Part shown: positions 44,897 to 55,861 of the stretch, piece after piece | How the letters are laid out: each line of letters opens with the position of its first letter | How positions within the stretch are numbered: position 1 is the first letter of the stretch | Assembly: GCA_020722365.1 (NCBI GenBank) | Contig: DYKY01000001.1 | Location: forward strand, 15,357-79,356 | Source: Thermoflexus sp. | Lineage (GTDB): Bacteria > Chloroflexota > Anaerolineae > B4-G1 > SLSP01 | Reading direction: 5' to 3' | DNA length: 64,000 nt | Translations under genes and position numbers: made by a program | The notes under the pieces: generated by a model | The model's database searches: none | The model's input: the letters and a program-made list of their open reading frames with translations, nothing else | What the model was told of the DNA's origin: nothing

Positions 44897-46192
44897 CTAT
44901 TCTGCTATCTCGGTTAGAACTGTCGCAAGTCGCCGGGTAAGCATACGCCGATCAAAACGGGTCAACAACGTCTCCGATGAGCAGTAGTCATCAGGCTGAG
45001 TATACACCGTTTCAAACATCGTTAACAATGCCTCGGCAATGGCAGCGGCGTCATCTGGCAGGGCAACTGTGCCAATTTGTTCCTGAGCAACAATGTCGCT
45101 AATCAGGCCAGACGGCGCCAGCGCCAGAATGGGGCGGCGGGCTGCCAGGTATTCGAAAAACTTGTTCGTAAACGTCATGCGCGCCAATTCTGTGTTGGGC
45201 AAGACAAGCAACAAGACGTGAGCCTGGCGCATGGTTGCGATGGCTACATCATGCGTGACAAAACCGGCAATATCCACATAATTTTCCAGTCCTTTGAGCC
45301 GGGCATGGTAATCAGGCGCAATCTGCCCAACAAATCTAACTGACACAGCGTTGCGAAAATCGGCACTTTGCTCTAACGCCAGTCGCAATCCTTCTGGGAA
45401 GGCGTTATTCACTTGTGGGCCGAGAATAGTCCCTGCATACGTTATCACAAACTTGTTACCCGTCACGGGTGGCGGCGGGCCGATAAAATCTTCCGGGTCA
45501 AAGCCATTGGTGATGGTGAGACATTTTGAGGCCACTTGCGGCCCGAAAACTTGCTGGGTTTGCTGCATCAGAGGTTCTGTGACCATCACCGCGCGGTCAC
45601 AGGTCTCTAGGATCCGTCGCTCGATCCGGCGCTGGCGCGCAAAGTGCCCGCCGCCCAGCGCGCGCAATGCCGGGTTCCCTACCGTCCAGGCATCCCGGAA
45701 GTCGGCCACCCACGGCAACCTATGATGTATGTGCAATTTATGTCCAATCAGATGCACAGAATTGGGGGGCGACGTTGTCAGCAGCGCATCACATGGGAAT
45801 TCTTGCAACGCCTGTAGGCAGGTTTGATAGGCTTTTTCAACCCAAAGCACGTTGGTGTCGGGGACGAAAGCCCGGCGCAACGCCTGCACGAGATGTTGTT
45901 TGCCGCGCGCGCCTTTCCCTGGTTTACCAGACGGTTCCGCGATCGGTAGGGCCGTTTTTGGGGAAGGAGGGCGTATCATCTGTAGCCACTTCGGCCATCC
46001 TACTCGATAAACTGGCAGACCTGATGGTATATCCCGGACGAGACTTTCATCCGGGTTCCAGTCTGTATCTGAACACACCACTACCGGCTGCCAGCCAAAT
46101 TCCGGCAGGTATTTAGCAAATTTGGTCACGCGGATGGCGCCGGTGCCACCTTGTGGGGGAAAGTCGAAGGAGACGATCAGAACGCGCTTCAT
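44897..46192 (-). CDS. GT4-family glycosyltransferase.
   Basis: GT-B fold with E..E C-terminal motif. 431 aa. Confidence 0.6.
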   Translation of the reverse strand: MKRVLIVSFDFPPQGGTGAIRVTKFAKYLPEFGWQPVVVCSDTDWNPDESLVRDIPSGLPVYRVGWPKWLQMIRPPSPKTALPIAEPSGKPGKGARGKQHLVQALRRAFVPDTNVLWVEKAYQTCLQALQEFPCDALLTTSPPNSVHLIGHKLHIHHRLPWVADFRDAWTVGNPALRALGGGHFARQRRIERRILETCDRAVMVTEPLMQQTQQVFGPQVASKCLTITNGFDPEDFIGPPPPVTGNKFVITYAGTILGPQVNNAFPEGLRLALEQSADFRNAVSVRFVGQIAPDYHARLKGLENYVDIAGFVTHDVAIATMRQAHVLLLVLPNTELARMTFTNKFFEYLAARRPILALAPSGLISDIVAQEQIGTVALPDDAAAIAEALLTMFETVYTQPDDYCSSETLLTRFDRRMLTRRLATVLTEIAE

Positions 46193-47391
46193 GATATCGC
46201 AAACCCTTCTCGCAACCGCCGCGCCGCCTCATGCAGCGTGACTTCTTTCTTGGCAAAATTGAAGCGCACGCGGGTTCTGCCCCCTGAACCGGCGTAGAAA
46301 CTCGATCCTGGCACTACCGCGACGCCAACCTCACGCGCAATGTATTCGGCGAAGGCCCGGTCGTTACTCCATTCCGGCAAATACGTCTCGCCGCGCTGCC
46401 AGGTCAAGTCGCCAAAGTCGGCCATCACGTAGTAAGCGCCTTCGGGCCGGCAATAGGGCATTGCGGCCGCGTCCAGCGCTGCCAGCAGGAGCTCACGGCG
46501 CGCGCTATATTGCGCTCGCATATCAACATAATAGGATTCCGGCAAGCCCAATGCGACACAGCCGGCCGCTTGAAAAGGCGCGGGGGCGCACACGGTGAGG
46601 TAATCATGGACTTTGCGAATGAGCGCAGTCAACGGTTCAGCCGCCACTGCCCAACCCACCCGCCAGCCGGTCACGGCATACGTCTTCCCCAGGCCGCAGA
46701 TGGTCACTGTGCGATCCTGCATCCCCGGCAGGCTGCCAATGCTGATATGGCGGCGTCCATCATAGAGAATGTGTTCGTAGATTTCATCGGTGACGGCGAT
46801 TACCCCAAATTCCTGGCACAGCGCCGCGATGGTTTCTAATTCGGGTTGGGTGAAGACCCGTCCGGTAGGGTTGTGAGGGGTATTGAGCAAAATTAGCCGG
46901 GTGCGCGTGTTAAATGCCGCGCGCAGTTCATCTGGATCAAAGGTGTAGGTCGGCTCGCGCAAAGGCACAAAGCGTGGGCGCGCGCCGGCCATCTGGCAGT
47001 CAGGGACATAATTTTCATACCAGGGTTCCAGAATGATGACTTCGTCGCCGGGTTCGGTCAGGGCCAGCAGCGTTGACATAATGGCTTCGCTGACGCCACA
47101 TGTCACCGTGACCTCGGTTTCGGGATCGGCCGGGATGTGATTGTAGCGGGCCGATTTCGTGGCAATCGCTGCGCGAAAGTCCGGTGAGCCAAACGGGAAG
47201 GTGTATTGGTTGTCGCCGCTCTGAATGGCGGTTACCGCCGCGGCCAGGACCGCCGGCGGGGAATCAAAGTCCGGCAGTCCTTGCGATAGATTGACGGCGT
47301 CGGTTTCGTCTCCCAGGCGCGTCATCTCCCGGATGACGGATTCCTGGAAGGGCGCAGTACGGCGTGAGAATGGCTTGTGCTGGATGCTCAT
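46189..47391 (-). CDS. PLP-dependent aminotransferase, class I/II (AspB/methionine-aminotransferase-like).
   Basis: Fold-type I pattern with the PLP lysine in ICGLGKTYAVTGWRVGW. Confidence 0.7.
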   Translation of the reverse strand: MSIQHKPFSRRTAPFQESVIREMTRLGDETDAVNLSQGLPDFDSPPAVLAAAVTAIQSGDNQYTFPFGSPDFRAAIATKSARYNHIPADPETEVTVTCGVSEAIMSTLLALTEPGDEVIILEPWYENYVPDCQMAGARPRFVPLREPTYTFDPDELRAAFNTRTRLILLNTPHNPTGRVFTQPELETIAALCQEFGVIAVTDEIYEHILYDGRRHISIGSLPGMQDRTVTICGLGKTYAVTGWRVGWAVAAEPLTALIRKVHDYLTVCAPAPFQAAGCVALGLPESYYVDMRAQYSARRELLLAALDAAAMPYCRPEGAYYVMADFGDLTWQRGETYLPEWSNDRAFAEYIAREVGVAVVPGSSFYAGSGGRTRVRFNFAKKEVTLHEAARRLREGFAIS

Positions 47392-47406
47392 ACGCTCCTC
47401 CCCCGC

Positions 47407-48510
47407 TCAGGCGTAAAATTGGCGGATGGTTTCGATCACATAGGCGACGTTTTCATCACTGATTTCAGGGTTCATGGGTAAGGAAACGACCTCACGACAG
47501 ATCGCTTCAGTTTCAGGACACTGCGGCGTCTCTAGCCCCAACCCCTTGTGTTCCCACATAGGCTTGGGCCAGTGAATCAACGTTTCAACGCTATTTTCTT
47601 TGAGATGGCTGACCAGCGCGTCCCGCTGCGGTGTGCGGATGACGTAGTTCTGATAAATGTCGTGGTAGGCGTCGCCCGCAAAATGCGGCAAGCGTAAGTC
47701 GCCCACGTCAGACAAGCCGTCCCGGTACAACTCGGCCACTTCTCGCCGGCGCATGAGCCATTGCGGCAGATGGCGCAATTTGACATCCAACACCGCCGCG
47801 TGCAGATTGTCCAGCAAACAGGAGAAACCGTGATAGTGATACTCGCCAGTCTCGCGGTCTTCGCCGTTGTAGCGCAGGCGGGCGATCTTGGTGGCGATTT
47901 CTTCGTCATCCGTGGTGACGATCCCGGCGTCGCCCAACGCCCCCAACACTTTGAAAGGATAAAAGCTGAAGCAGCCGGTCAATCCGAAGGACCCGGCCAT
48001 TTTGCCTTTGAACGTTGCGCCCAACGCCTGGGCCGCATCCTCAACGACGATCAGATTGTGCTTTGCCGCAGCCGCCATCAGTCGTTCCATATCGCAGATG
48101 CGTCCGTTCAGGTGGACGGGCATCACGGCTTTGGTTTTGGGGGTAATAGCGCGCTCCATAGCATCCATGTCCATGTTGTAATCTTCGGTTACATCCACCA
48201 ACACCGGGGTTGCTCCTACCAGGACAATGGCCGATACGCTGGCGACAAAGGTGTGCGCCGGCACAATCACTTCGTCGCCTGGCCCAATCCCGGCGGCGAT
48301 CAGCGAAAGGTGCAGGGCGTGAAACCCGCTATTCAGGCCCACGGCATAGCGTGTCCCGACGAAATCGGCCAGATTTTGTTCAAACTGCTTGAGGTCTTTG
48401 CGATAAATCAAATCGCCTCGGCCCAGCACATCCTGAATTGTGCCATCTATTTCGGCCTTCATGCGTTGGTAATGGACATTGGGTTCAACAAAACGGACTT
48501 TGTAAGCCAT
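47407..48510 (-). CDS. DegT/DnrJ/EryC1/StrS-family sugar aminotransferase.
   Basis: GDEVIVPAHTFVASVSAIV and PLP-Lys region. Start at the internal Met MAYKV. Confidence 0.75.
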   Translation of the reverse strand: MAYKVRFVEPNVHYQRMKAEIDGTIQDVLGRGDLIYRKDLKQFEQNLADFVGTRYAVGLNSGFHALHLSLIAAGIGPGDEVIVPAHTFVASVSAIVLVGATPVLVDVTEDYNMDMDAMERAITPKTKAVMPVHLNGRICDMERLMAAAAKHNLIVVEDAAQALGATFKGKMAGSFGLTGCFSFYPFKVLGALGDAGIVTTDDEEIATKIARLRYNGEDRETGEYHYHGFSCLLDNLHAAVLDVKLRHLPQWLMRRREVAELYRDGLSDVGDLRLPHFAGDAYHDIYQNYVIRTPQRDALVSHLKENSVETLIHWPKPMWEHKGLGLETPQCPETEAICREVVSLPMNPEISDENVAYVIETIRQFYA

Positions 48511-48535
48511 TGGGGTCTCCTCGTTCTGCAAAATT

Positions 48536-49513
48536 TTAACGATTAAGCAATTTCTGTACTGCTGTGATGATATCTTTCGCAGCAGGATAATAGACTTTTT
48601 CCAACGATGCACTCATCGGCGCCGGTGTATCCGGCAAGGCGACGCGCAGAATCGGCGCTTTCAAAGACGCAAACACCTCGCAGACGACTCTGGCAGCGAC
48701 TTCGGCGGCAAAACCGCATGTTAACCACGCCGCATCCGCTACCACCAGCCGTCCGGTTTTGGCGACCGATTGAAAAATCAAGGCATCATCCAGGGGTTTC
48801 AGGGTGCGCACGTCAATCACTTCAATTTCAATGCCGGCGCCGGCCAGGTCTGCGGCCGCCTTCAGCGCTTCCTGGGTCATATAGGATGTTGCCACGACGG
48901 TCACGTCGCTTCCAGAACGCCGCAGGGCGGCTTTGCCAATCGGAACTTCATACAATTCTTCCGGCACGTCATCGCTATAGGCATACAACCAACGGTCGTC
49001 TATGTAAATGACCGGGTCTTCGTCGCGGATGGCGGCGATCAACAACCCTTTAGCGTCGTAAGCTGTGGCGGGCATCACCACTTTCAGGCCGGGGATGTGC
49101 GCGTAGAGCGCCTGGAAAGCCTGGGAGTGTTGCGCCGCTTGTTCGCCGCCCCGGTTGATGATAGCGCGCATCACGACCGGGACGCCGATATGCCCCCCGA
49201 ACATATAGCGCCAGTTGGCTGCCTGATTGACGATTTGTTCCACGGCCAGCAAAGCAAAGTCCATACGCGGGTGGATGACCACCGGTCGCATACCGGCCAA
49301 CGCGGCGCCGATGGCGGCCCCGGTCACCGCATTCTCCGAGATGGGGGTGTCGAAGACCCGTTCCGGGCCAAAACGATCTTTCAGACCGGTGGTGGTATTG
49401 CCCACATACCACGGGCTATTCACACCCTGTCCCAGCAAGAAAACGGAAGGATCCGCTTCCATCATTTGGCGAGTCGCTTCGTTAATGGCTAAGCCATAAG
49501 ACAGTTCTCTTAA
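48536..49513 (-). CDS. TPP-dependent dehydrogenase E1 component, beta subunit-like (transketolase C-terminal type).
   Basis: MLRELSYGLAINEA...FDTPISENAVTGAAIGAALAGMRPVV. Confidence 0.7.
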   Translation of the reverse strand, partial: LRELSYGLAINEATRQMMEADPSVFLLGQGVNSPWYVGNTTTGLKDRFGPERVFDTPISENAVTGAAIGAALAGMRPVVIHPRMDFALLAVEQIVNQAANWRYMFGGHIGVPVVMRAIINRGGEQAAQHSQAFQALYAHIPGLKVVMPATAYDAKGLLIAAIRDEDPVIYIDDRWLYAYSDDVPEELYEVPIGKAALRRSGSDVTVVATSYMTQEALKAAADLAGAGIEIEVIDVRTLKPLDDALIFQSVAKTGRLVVADAAWLTCGFAAEVAARVVCEVFASLKAPILRVALPDTPAPMSASLEKVYYPAAKDIITAVQKLLNR

Positions 49514-49523
49514 CATAGCACTC

Positions 49524-50531
49524 CTATGGGGCAAACACGTAGTCGTGGAGGGTGTTTGGGTCTGGATACGGACTTTGACGCGCAAAGGCAATGGCCGCGG
49601 CGACTTCATCCGTTACGCATTGCCGCAGGTGGGTCACGTCGGCGTGGGTCAAGACACCCTGATGGAGCAGGCGGGTCTCGAAAGATTGGATGGGACAACG
49701 CGCTTGCCACTCGGCCAGTTCTTCCGGGCTACGCAGTCCTTTGTCAATATCGTAATTCGGCCCTACATGCCCCCGCCAGCGATAGGTGCGACATTCGATG
49801 AACGTTGGCCCATGGCCTTGCCGCGCGCGAGCTACCGCTTCACTTGTGGTGTGATACACAGCCAAAATATCGTTTCCATCTATACGTGGAGCCGGCATCC
49901 CATGGACAGCCGCCAGTGCGTCCAGATTATCAGCCGGCCGGCGATCCCGAATATGCACATGGCTGGAATACAAATTATTCTCGCAGACAAAAATCACCGG
50001 AGCTTTGCGAAACGCAGCGAGGTTGAGCGACTCATAGAAGCCGCCTTCTTCGGTAGCGCCGTCGCCAAAAAAGACCACGGCAACTTTGGCCGTTCCCTGC
50101 ATTGCACAGGCGATGGCCGCGCCAACGGCCAGCGGCAAGCCGGCGCCGACCATCGCCGATGTTCCCGGCAGACCCACTTCAGGGGCCGCGATATGCATTG
50201 AGCCGCCGCGCCCCCTGGAACAGCCGGTTTCTTTGCCTAAAACCTCGGCGACCATCGCCCGCAGATCGCCACCCTTGGCCAGGTAATGCCCATGCGAGCG
50301 ATGATTCCCAAAAATATAATCGTCGGTTTCGAGCGCTTGACAAACGCCCACGGCAACCGCTTCTTCGCCAATGTAGAGGTGAACGGGACAGCGAATTTCG
50401 CCCGCCGCGACCATATCGGCCAGCCGCTCCTCGGTTTCGCGGATGCGGAGCATTGCGACGTACATAGAACGCAGCATTTCAGCGGGAATGTCAGTTGTGC
50501 TTTCTGCTTGGGTGGATAAATGTGTTTGCAT
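49524..50531 (-). CDS. TPP-dependent dehydrogenase E1 component, alpha subunit-like.
   Basis: TPP-binding motif GDGATEEGGFYESLNLAA. Confidence 0.7.
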   Translation of the reverse strand: MQTHLSTQAESTTDIPAEMLRSMYVAMLRIRETEERLADMVAAGEIRCPVHLYIGEEAVAVGVCQALETDDYIFGNHRSHGHYLAKGGDLRAMVAEVLGKETGCSRGRGGSMHIAAPEVGLPGTSAMVGAGLPLAVGAAIACAMQGTAKVAVVFFGDGATEEGGFYESLNLAAFRKAPVIFVCENNLYSSHVHIRDRRPADNLDALAAVHGMPAPRIDGNDILAVYHTTSEAVARARQGHGPTFIECRTYRWRGHVGPNYDIDKGLRSPEELAEWQARCPIQSFETRLLHQGVLTHADVTHLRQCVTDEVAAAIAFARQSPYPDPNTLHDYVFAP

Positions 50532-50541
50532 ACGGGTAGCC

Positions 50542-51507
50542 TTAATCTATTTTGAGTTTTTCGTCGAAACCGTACTTTTTATACCATTCGATGTAGGCAC
50601 GCAGGCCGGCTTCAAACGTGTAAGTAGGCGTCCAACCCAAAAGTTGTTGCGCTTTCGTTGCATCGGCAATCAGGCGGTTGACTTCGCCAATCCGGGCGCC
50701 TACGTAGACCGGCTCAATTTGGCCTTTCTTTCCGCAAAATTCGATAATCATATTCGCCAGATCGACGATACTGATCTCGCTGCCGGTACCGAAATTGATC
50801 GGTTCAGGAATGGGATCGGGATGATGCAGAATCAAGTCATAGGCATTGACGGTGTCTTCTATGTAGGTGTAATCGCGTGTCTGCCGGCCGTCGCCAAAAA
50901 TCATCGGGGGGACATTGCTGAGCACGCGCCGGGTGAAGATGGAGATGACGCCGCCGTAGCCCAGGTCGCGCTGGCGCGGGCCAAACACGTTGAAGGGTCG
51001 GACAATGGTAATGTCCATTCCATAAGTCTGAATATAGGCGTGGCACATACGGTCGGCGGCGATTTTACTGGCGCCATAGGGGTGCGGCGCGTTGAGGGGA
51101 TGCGATTCGTTGATGGGTACCTGGAGCGCCGAGCCATAGACCTCGCTGCTGGAGGCATAGATAACTTTGCGGGTGTCGTAGAGCCTGGCGGCTTCCAACA
51201 CATTCTGCGTTCCCAGGACATTGATATCATAGGTCAGGCGTGGTTCAATGTACGAGCGGTCCACATGCACTTGCGCCGCCAGGTGTAACACCACCTCAAC
51301 ATCCCGCATCAACTTTTCCAGCAAATCAAAGTCGCGGATGTCGCCTTTGACCAACTTGAAATTGCGATAATCCAGGAGATGCCGGACATTCATCAAATTG
51401 CCGCTCAGGAAATTGTCCAGGCAGACGACCGTGTGTCCCGCTTTGGTGTATTTGTCACATAAGTGGCTGCCGATGAAGCCGGCGCCGCCGGTGATTAAAA
51501 GTTTCAT
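50542..51507 (-). CDS. NAD-dependent nucleotide-sugar epimerase/dehydratase (SDR family).
   Basis: Rossmann motif ITGGAGFIGSHL and catalytic YxxxK (YGASK). Confidence 0.8.
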   Translation of the reverse strand: MKLLITGGAGFIGSHLCDKYTKAGHTVVCLDNFLSGNLMNVRHLLDYRNFKLVKGDIRDFDLLEKLMRDVEVVLHLAAQVHVDRSYIEPRLTYDINVLGTQNVLEAARLYDTRKVIYASSSEVYGSALQVPINESHPLNAPHPYGASKIAADRMCHAYIQTYGMDITIVRPFNVFGPRQRDLGYGGVISIFTRRVLSNVPPMIFGDGRQTRDYTYIEDTVNAYDLILHHPDPIPEPINFGTGSEISIVDLANMIIEFCGKKGQIEPVYVGARIGEVNRLIADATKAQQLLGWTPTYTFEAGLRAYIEWYKKYGFDEKLKID

Positions 51508-51545
51508 GCTGTACTCCTTTGTTCCCTTGGGGTAGAAATGTGTTT

Positions 51546-52802
51546 CTATGTGCGTTCTGAAACGAGTTCATTCAAAACCTGGGCAATCCGTTCCATGTTT
51601 TTGCTGTTCTCAAATTGAGCGATGTAGGCTTGATCGGATTGGAAGTTTCTAAATTCTCCATGGCGCCATTGCGCAAAGATATTTTGTAATTGCTGCTTCA
51701 TTTTTGCGCGGTCGAAAGAAAGGACAAACCCGGCCTGGGCTTCACGGATGAGACGCGCCGGGTCACCCTCTGCTGGCAATAACCCTAGAATGGGCCTATT
51801 CATCCGCATATATTCGTACAGTTTGGTGGGCGTCCACTGGGCATACGGCGGCATCACTACGAAGACGAAATCTCCGCCCATCGCAAATGATAACGCCTTT
51901 CGCCGGGGCAGATTGAGAATACATATCGTATTAGGTTGCTTCAAGGAATGAGCCGCTGTTGCTCCCCGCCCAATGAAAAACACCTCTGCGGTCGGTTCTA
52001 GTTCATTAACCACGCTGAGAAAAGTACGAATGGATTCTTCAAAAGCCGGGTAATAAGTACCAAGAAAGGAAATGGTGATTCTATCCGATGGCGCTGGACG
52101 GGGTGTCAGGCCAGCAAAGGTGGTCTCTTCATAGCCATTGGTGACAATGGCGACTTTGTCTTCGGGGATATGATACAGGTCTGCCCAGCGTTGTTTAACA
52201 TGCCAATGCACCACCACTATCTTGTCAGCAGTCTGTAGAATTTGACTTTCCGCCCTTCGAATCTGGCGCTTATACCACCAGCGCAACGGCGCTATGAGAC
52301 CGCGGTCCAGTTCTGCATTGAGAAAATCATTGACGGCCCACCCGTCTTGGAAATTGGCGACCCAGGGAATGTCAAATTCTTGTCTCAAGCGCATAGCCAC
52401 AAAGGCGGTGGTAAAAATGGGGGAGACGCTATAAATGACATCTATTTTCTCGCGCTGGAGGATATCCCGGGCCGCTTGATATGCTGGGCGCAGCCAGGCT
52501 TGATAAGAGTCAGGGAAATCGGCTGCGATTTTTAGCTTGCGGCGCGTATAGGACAACCAGCGTGGCGGCTCATAGTGACCAACGCGACACACTTCGGTTT
52601 CCGCAGGGATTTCTTTCAGAGTGCTGTACTCCTTGTCATAACTGACGCTTTCAGCAGCCGAAAGAATAATGGGGCGCCAACCGAGCGGCGGCAGGTATTT
52701 AGCAAACGCCAGTCCGCGCCAACTTGAAGCGAGGGGGGAAAAAGTATAGTCAATATACAATAATTTTTTCATTGATCGTACTGCCCTCAAATATTGGCCC
52801 AT
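51546..52802 (-). CDS. Glycosyltransferase (GT-B, GT4-like).
   Basis: Length and composition. Tentative. Lower GC than the genome average. Confidence 0.45.
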   Translation of the reverse strand: MGQYLRAVRSMKKLLYIDYTFSPLASSWRGLAFAKYLPPLGWRPIILSAAESVSYDKEYSTLKEIPAETEVCRVGHYEPPRWLSYTRRKLKIAADFPDSYQAWLRPAYQAARDILQREKIDVIYSVSPIFTTAFVAMRLRQEFDIPWVANFQDGWAVNDFLNAELDRGLIAPLRWWYKRQIRRAESQILQTADKIVVVHWHVKQRWADLYHIPEDKVAIVTNGYEETTFAGLTPRPAPSDRITISFLGTYYPAFEESIRTFLSVVNELEPTAEVFFIGRGATAAHSLKQPNTICILNLPRRKALSFAMGGDFVFVVMPPYAQWTPTKLYEYMRMNRPILGLLPAEGDPARLIREAQAGFVLSFDRAKMKQQLQNIFAQWRHGEFRNFQSDQAYIAQFENSKNMERIAQVLNELVSERT

Positions 52803-54283
52803 AATCGGGTGAATTTCTCGGACGCGTTCCGCAGATAGGCGAAAACTGTTGCTTGTTCTGATTCAGTCAAGACTTTACTTACAAAGGCGAGTGCGATGAA
52901 AAGCAGCCCACTGACCGTTAGTTTAACCAAGAGCGAGAGTACTGGCGCGGTTAGGTTGAGACTATAACCCACGCCGAGGGTGATGAAGACGCATACCGCG
53001 AGGCGAGCTAACGTCTTCCAATCATGCCCGACAGGATAGATTCTTTCCATCCACAGATAGAGTAATCCGTCTAGCAGCAAATAGGCGGCTACAGTCGTTA
53101 ATGCTGCACCAAGCGCGCCCATGATTGGTAGAACTAGAAAATTGATACCGATATTAAAACCGGCGGCTATGATGCAGATTATCGAAGTCACTTCCGGCTT
53201 TTTGACTAACAGACCCGCCAGTGAGCCAGAGATTGTCGCAAAATATAACAGATAGGCAAACGTTACCAGAGGCACAAATCGCACCGCTTCCAGATATTGC
53301 GGGTTGGCGCCAAAGGTGGTCACGAAAATTCGCACCAAGTCGCCGCTGCCCAGGCTAATCATCAAGTAGACGAAGCTGCCAATCAGACAGTAATAGACCA
53401 ACAGTCGCCGCAATAAGGCTTTAATGTCCGTCTCCGCATTGCGCGCTGCATAGCCAAAAAAGAAAGGGTCAATCAAAAGACTGGCCGGCGCTGCCAGCAC
53501 AATCCGAAAGATGTTGGCTAAATTGTAGGAGAGGGAATAAACTCCCACCACCCCCGCCCCGGCGAAGCGCAGCAGCAACAGCCGGTCGGACACTTCCAAA
53601 CCCCATACTGCCAACCCACTGAATATAAAGGGGAGCCCGAGTCGCAGCAATTGTTTGAACAGCCCTAAATCAAAATTGAAACGCACATAGCGCCTGGAAA
53701 ACAATCCCATCAGAACTAAAGTTAGCCCACTGGCGATGGCGCCAGATTCAAAATACCCTTCCACACCGCGTTGCCCGTATACAATGAAAAGCAATTTCAG
53801 AACAAAATCGGCCAGAAACCCGAACAGGGAGAAGCCCACATACATCCCGGCTTTTTTCTCCAGTCGGAAAAGGTTATAAGGCACATTCTGCAACTGGGTG
53901 AAAATAAAGACCCATCCCAATCTTTGGATGGCGCCTTCATTACCACTGGCCTGGAACAGTAATCGGCAGATCAAAGTGGATTGGGTAAGCAGAAACAATC
54001 CACCTAACCCCGAAACCACAATATACCATAACCAGGTGGTTCCCACCAGCTTTTTTAATTGCGCCCCCTCCATTTCGTAATACAGTCGCACCAGGCCATT
54101 GAGCACCCCGGCGCTGAGAACGAGGCTGGTTAAGCCCATGATGGTGGTGAGAACTGAAATAATTCCATAATCGGCTGCCGGAAAGAAGCGCAAGTAGAGG
54201 GGCAACATAATAAACCGCAGCGCGGTCTGGAGAATGTTTCCCACTCCGTAGGTCAGAAACTTGTTGAGGATATTTTTGAGCAT
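52787..54283 (-). CDS. wzx: Oligosaccharide flippase (Wzx/MOP-superfamily polysaccharide transporter).
   Basis: 498 aa, ~12-14 TM helices, typical polysaccharide biosynthesis protein N-terminal pattern. Confidence 0.65.
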   Translation of the reverse strand: MLKNILNKFLTYGVGNILQTALRFIMLPLYLRFFPAADYGIISVLTTIMGLTSLVLSAGVLNGLVRLYYEMEGAQLKKLVGTTWLWYIVVSGLGGLFLLTQSTLICRLLFQASGNEGAIQRLGWVFIFTQLQNVPYNLFRLEKKAGMYVGFSLFGFLADFVLKLLFIVYGQRGVEGYFESGAIASGLTLVLMGLFSRRYVRFNFDLGLFKQLLRLGLPFIFSGLAVWGLEVSDRLLLLRFAGAGVVGVYSLSYNLANIFRIVLAAPASLLIDPFFFGYAARNAETDIKALLRRLLVYYCLIGSFVYLMISLGSGDLVRIFVTTFGANPQYLEAVRFVPLVTFAYLLYFATISGSLAGLLVKKPEVTSIICIIAAGFNIGINFLVLPIMGALGAALTTVAAYLLLDGLLYLWMERIYPVGHDWKTLARLAVCVFITLGVGYSLNLTAPVLSLLVKLTVSGLLFIALAFVSKVLTESEQATVFAYLRNASEKFTRLWANI

Positions 54284-54289
54284 GGCGGG

Positions 54290-55018
54290 CTACGGTTTCC
54301 AGGCCAGACGGTGTTTTTCTACATCCAATACATTTTGTAGGTCAAGCCCTTTGCTGCCTATCCATAGACCACCACCGGAGCCCAAACTGGCGTCCGTGAA
54401 CAAGGTTTGGTATAAATAAGGTTCTAACGGCTTGTAATAATACTTGCGGTTAGCGTCATGGAGAACCACCACGCCAGTCTCTTTGATCAGAGCGTAAGCT
54501 TTAACTAAACAGTCTTTGCGCGCTCTTCCATCTACCAGGATGAAGTCAAACGGGCCGAACGCGGTAGGAAACTCGATATAATCTTTCAGATCGGTATAGC
54601 TACCATCTTCATCTTCATCGCTCCACGGCAAATGGTTAGGGGAAACATGGAAGATTTCTATCTTGGGGCCATTTTTTGAGCGTTTTTTGAAAATGCGGAG
54701 AACTCTATCCAGCGTCTCGAAGCCTGTCCGGGTGAGTTGCCCCCGCAGATAAACACAGCGCCAGCCTTCTGCATCATGCGTTTCCTGGACGGGCGTTGCA
54801 TTCATCAGGCGCAGCATAAACTGCTGCCATCCATGGTTATGCTCTACTGCCATCCACTCCGCACTTTCTGGGATGAGCTGTGAAAAATAGAGCGTACTAT
54901 ACCCTGAGCCCCACTCTAAACACCGGGCCGGGTGGAGCTTTCGCAGGATTTCTTCAACAATGGCAATCTCTTTATCGGCCATGTAGGGTTTGATGGGGAT
55001 CGTGTTGAGTAATTTCAT
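54290..55018 (-). CDS. Putative class I SAM-dependent O-methyltransferase (macrocin-O-MT/TylF-like).
   Basis: CLEWGSGYSTLYF motif-I-like. Tentative. Confidence 0.45.
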   Translation of the reverse strand: MKLLNTIPIKPYMADKEIAIVEEILRKLHPARCLEWGSGYSTLYFSQLIPESAEWMAVEHNHGWQQFMLRLMNATPVQETHDAEGWRCVYLRGQLTRTGFETLDRVLRIFKKRSKNGPKIEIFHVSPNHLPWSDEDEDGSYTDLKDYIEFPTAFGPFDFILVDGRARKDCLVKAYALIKETGVVVLHDANRKYYYKPLEPYLYQTLFTDASLGSGGGLWIGSKGLDLQNVLDVEKHRLAWKP

Positions 55019-55027
55019 ATTGAAATA

Positions 55028-55861
55028 TCAAAACTTCTGAAAGATTAGAATGCGCATATCGGTATAGCGCGCCGGCATGGGAGCGAACAACCTGTCCCAC
55101 GGCTCAAAAAAAGCCAATAAGGCTCGCTTGATTCGTTGCCCCATGCTAGGGTGTGCCGCCGACGTGGTGACGGCCTGCCCCTCTGTGGAGGACGTGACCT
55201 GTGGGGATTTGGGACGTCGCCGGGCCACTTGCGCCATGAACCAACGGTAGAAACGGACTCCTAACCGAGGCATTCCATATTCCAATATCAAGCGGCAACC
55301 GGCTTGATTAAAGGTGTCTATATAGTCCTGCCGCGACCGGATCACGATGTAGGGGCTGGGATTCCGTTGGGCGACTTTGATCGGCGAAAAATCCATCACC
55401 AGAATATGTCCCCTGGGTTGCAGCACGCCAGTCATACGGCTGATGGCCTGCGAGAAGCTACCCGGCTCAAGGATGTGTTGCAGAACGTTGACACCTATCA
55501 CTAGATCGAAGGACGCCGCCGGCAAATCCAGCTCTTCCAGACTGGTCGCCAGGAGCTTTACCTTGGGATTGCTCGCAAACCGTTGCCGGGTGTAGGCGAT
55601 GGTTTCGGGGCTTAAATCAATGCCGGTGATTTCCGGTTGATAATAGTCAGAGAACCGCGCGATCATGTCGCCAGTGCCACATCCCACGTCCAGGATTTTC
55701 GTATGGGCTGTGATAGAAACCCCGGCGCGGGTCAGGGCGCGTTGAAGCGCCTCCAGCCGCCGCTGCTGGTCATACGCGTAGAGAATCGGATCACTCTCCC
55801 CCGTATGACCGTGCGTTCTAAATCGGCCATCCCAAAAAAGTTTCGGATTGAAACCATTCAC
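55028..55861 (-). CDS. Class I SAM-dependent methyltransferase.
   Basis: Motif I ILDVGCGTGDM. Confidence 0.7.
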   Translation of the reverse strand: MNGFNPKLFWDGRFRTHGHTGESDPILYAYDQQRRLEALQRALTRAGVSITAHTKILDVGCGTGDMIARFSDYYQPEITGIDLSPETIAYTRQRFASNPKVKLLATSLEELDLPAASFDLVIGVNVLQHILEPGSFSQAISRMTGVLQPRGHILVMDFSPIKVAQRNPSPYIVIRSRQDYIDTFNQAGCRLILEYGMPRLGVRFYRWFMAQVARRRPKSPQVTSSTEGQAVTTSAAHPSMGQRIKRALLAFFEPWDRLFAPMPARYTDMRILIFQKF